A model generated the notes under the pieces. The model was given only the letters and a program-made list of their open reading frames with translations, had not been told where the DNA came from and did not search any database. A stretch of DNA of 63,745 nt, filler included, from Octopus bimaculoides (Eukaryota), in assembly GCF_001194135.2 (NCBI RefSeq). It is 9 parts of 8 records of this genome, joined end to end, with 100 filler letters (N's around TTAATTAATTAA, not from the genome) between each part and the next. Parts side by side here need not be neighbours in the genome. Positions count along the whole stretch, not along the records: positions 61,489 to 63,745 come from NC_068981.1; 8 more parts are not named here. One strand, given 5' to 3'. The position numbers and the translations under genes are program-made. Positions 63,720-63,745 of this stretch are shown one piece after another; position 1 is the stretch's first letter, and every line of letters starts with the position of its first letter.

Positions 63720-63745
63720 TTAAATAAAATACGTAAAGTCTAAGT

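Noticed and set aside
1-63745. CRISPR arrays, rRNA genes, operons or prokaryotic systems
   Set aside because: None seen; the tandem units present are SINE multimers or simple repeats in eukaryotic DNA.

Overview
Eukaryotic, AT-rich, repeat-dominated scaffold segment with many N-gaps. The repeat families look like an Octopus (coleoid cephalopod) draft genome; this is inferred from pattern recognition, not a database search. I can support only one host coding exon: the first coding exon (M1 helix plus cap) of a two-pore-domain K+ channel on the minus strand (34081-33892, GT donor). No later exon was found, so it lies in a gap or outside the window. The rest is microsatellite, at least four tRNA-headed SINE families (called A-D here), and fragments of RTE, CR1/L2-like, L1/Tx1-like and Penelope-like retroelements, mariner/maT/Tigger remnants, MITEs and foldback elements. 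The most interesting signal is three unrelated minimal type I hammerhead-ribozyme motifs. One sits in a discrete, apparently young 318-bp retroposon (12-bp TSD) that joins a tRNA-like Pol III head to an intact hammerhead core and a Penelope-like tail. Also notable are an ORF1-only L1/Tx1-like element, two SINE/LINE pairs with shared 3' tails, head-to-tail SINE arrays, and block-wise CpG decay of repeats. Almost all ORFs in the supplied track are microsatellite or gap artefacts.
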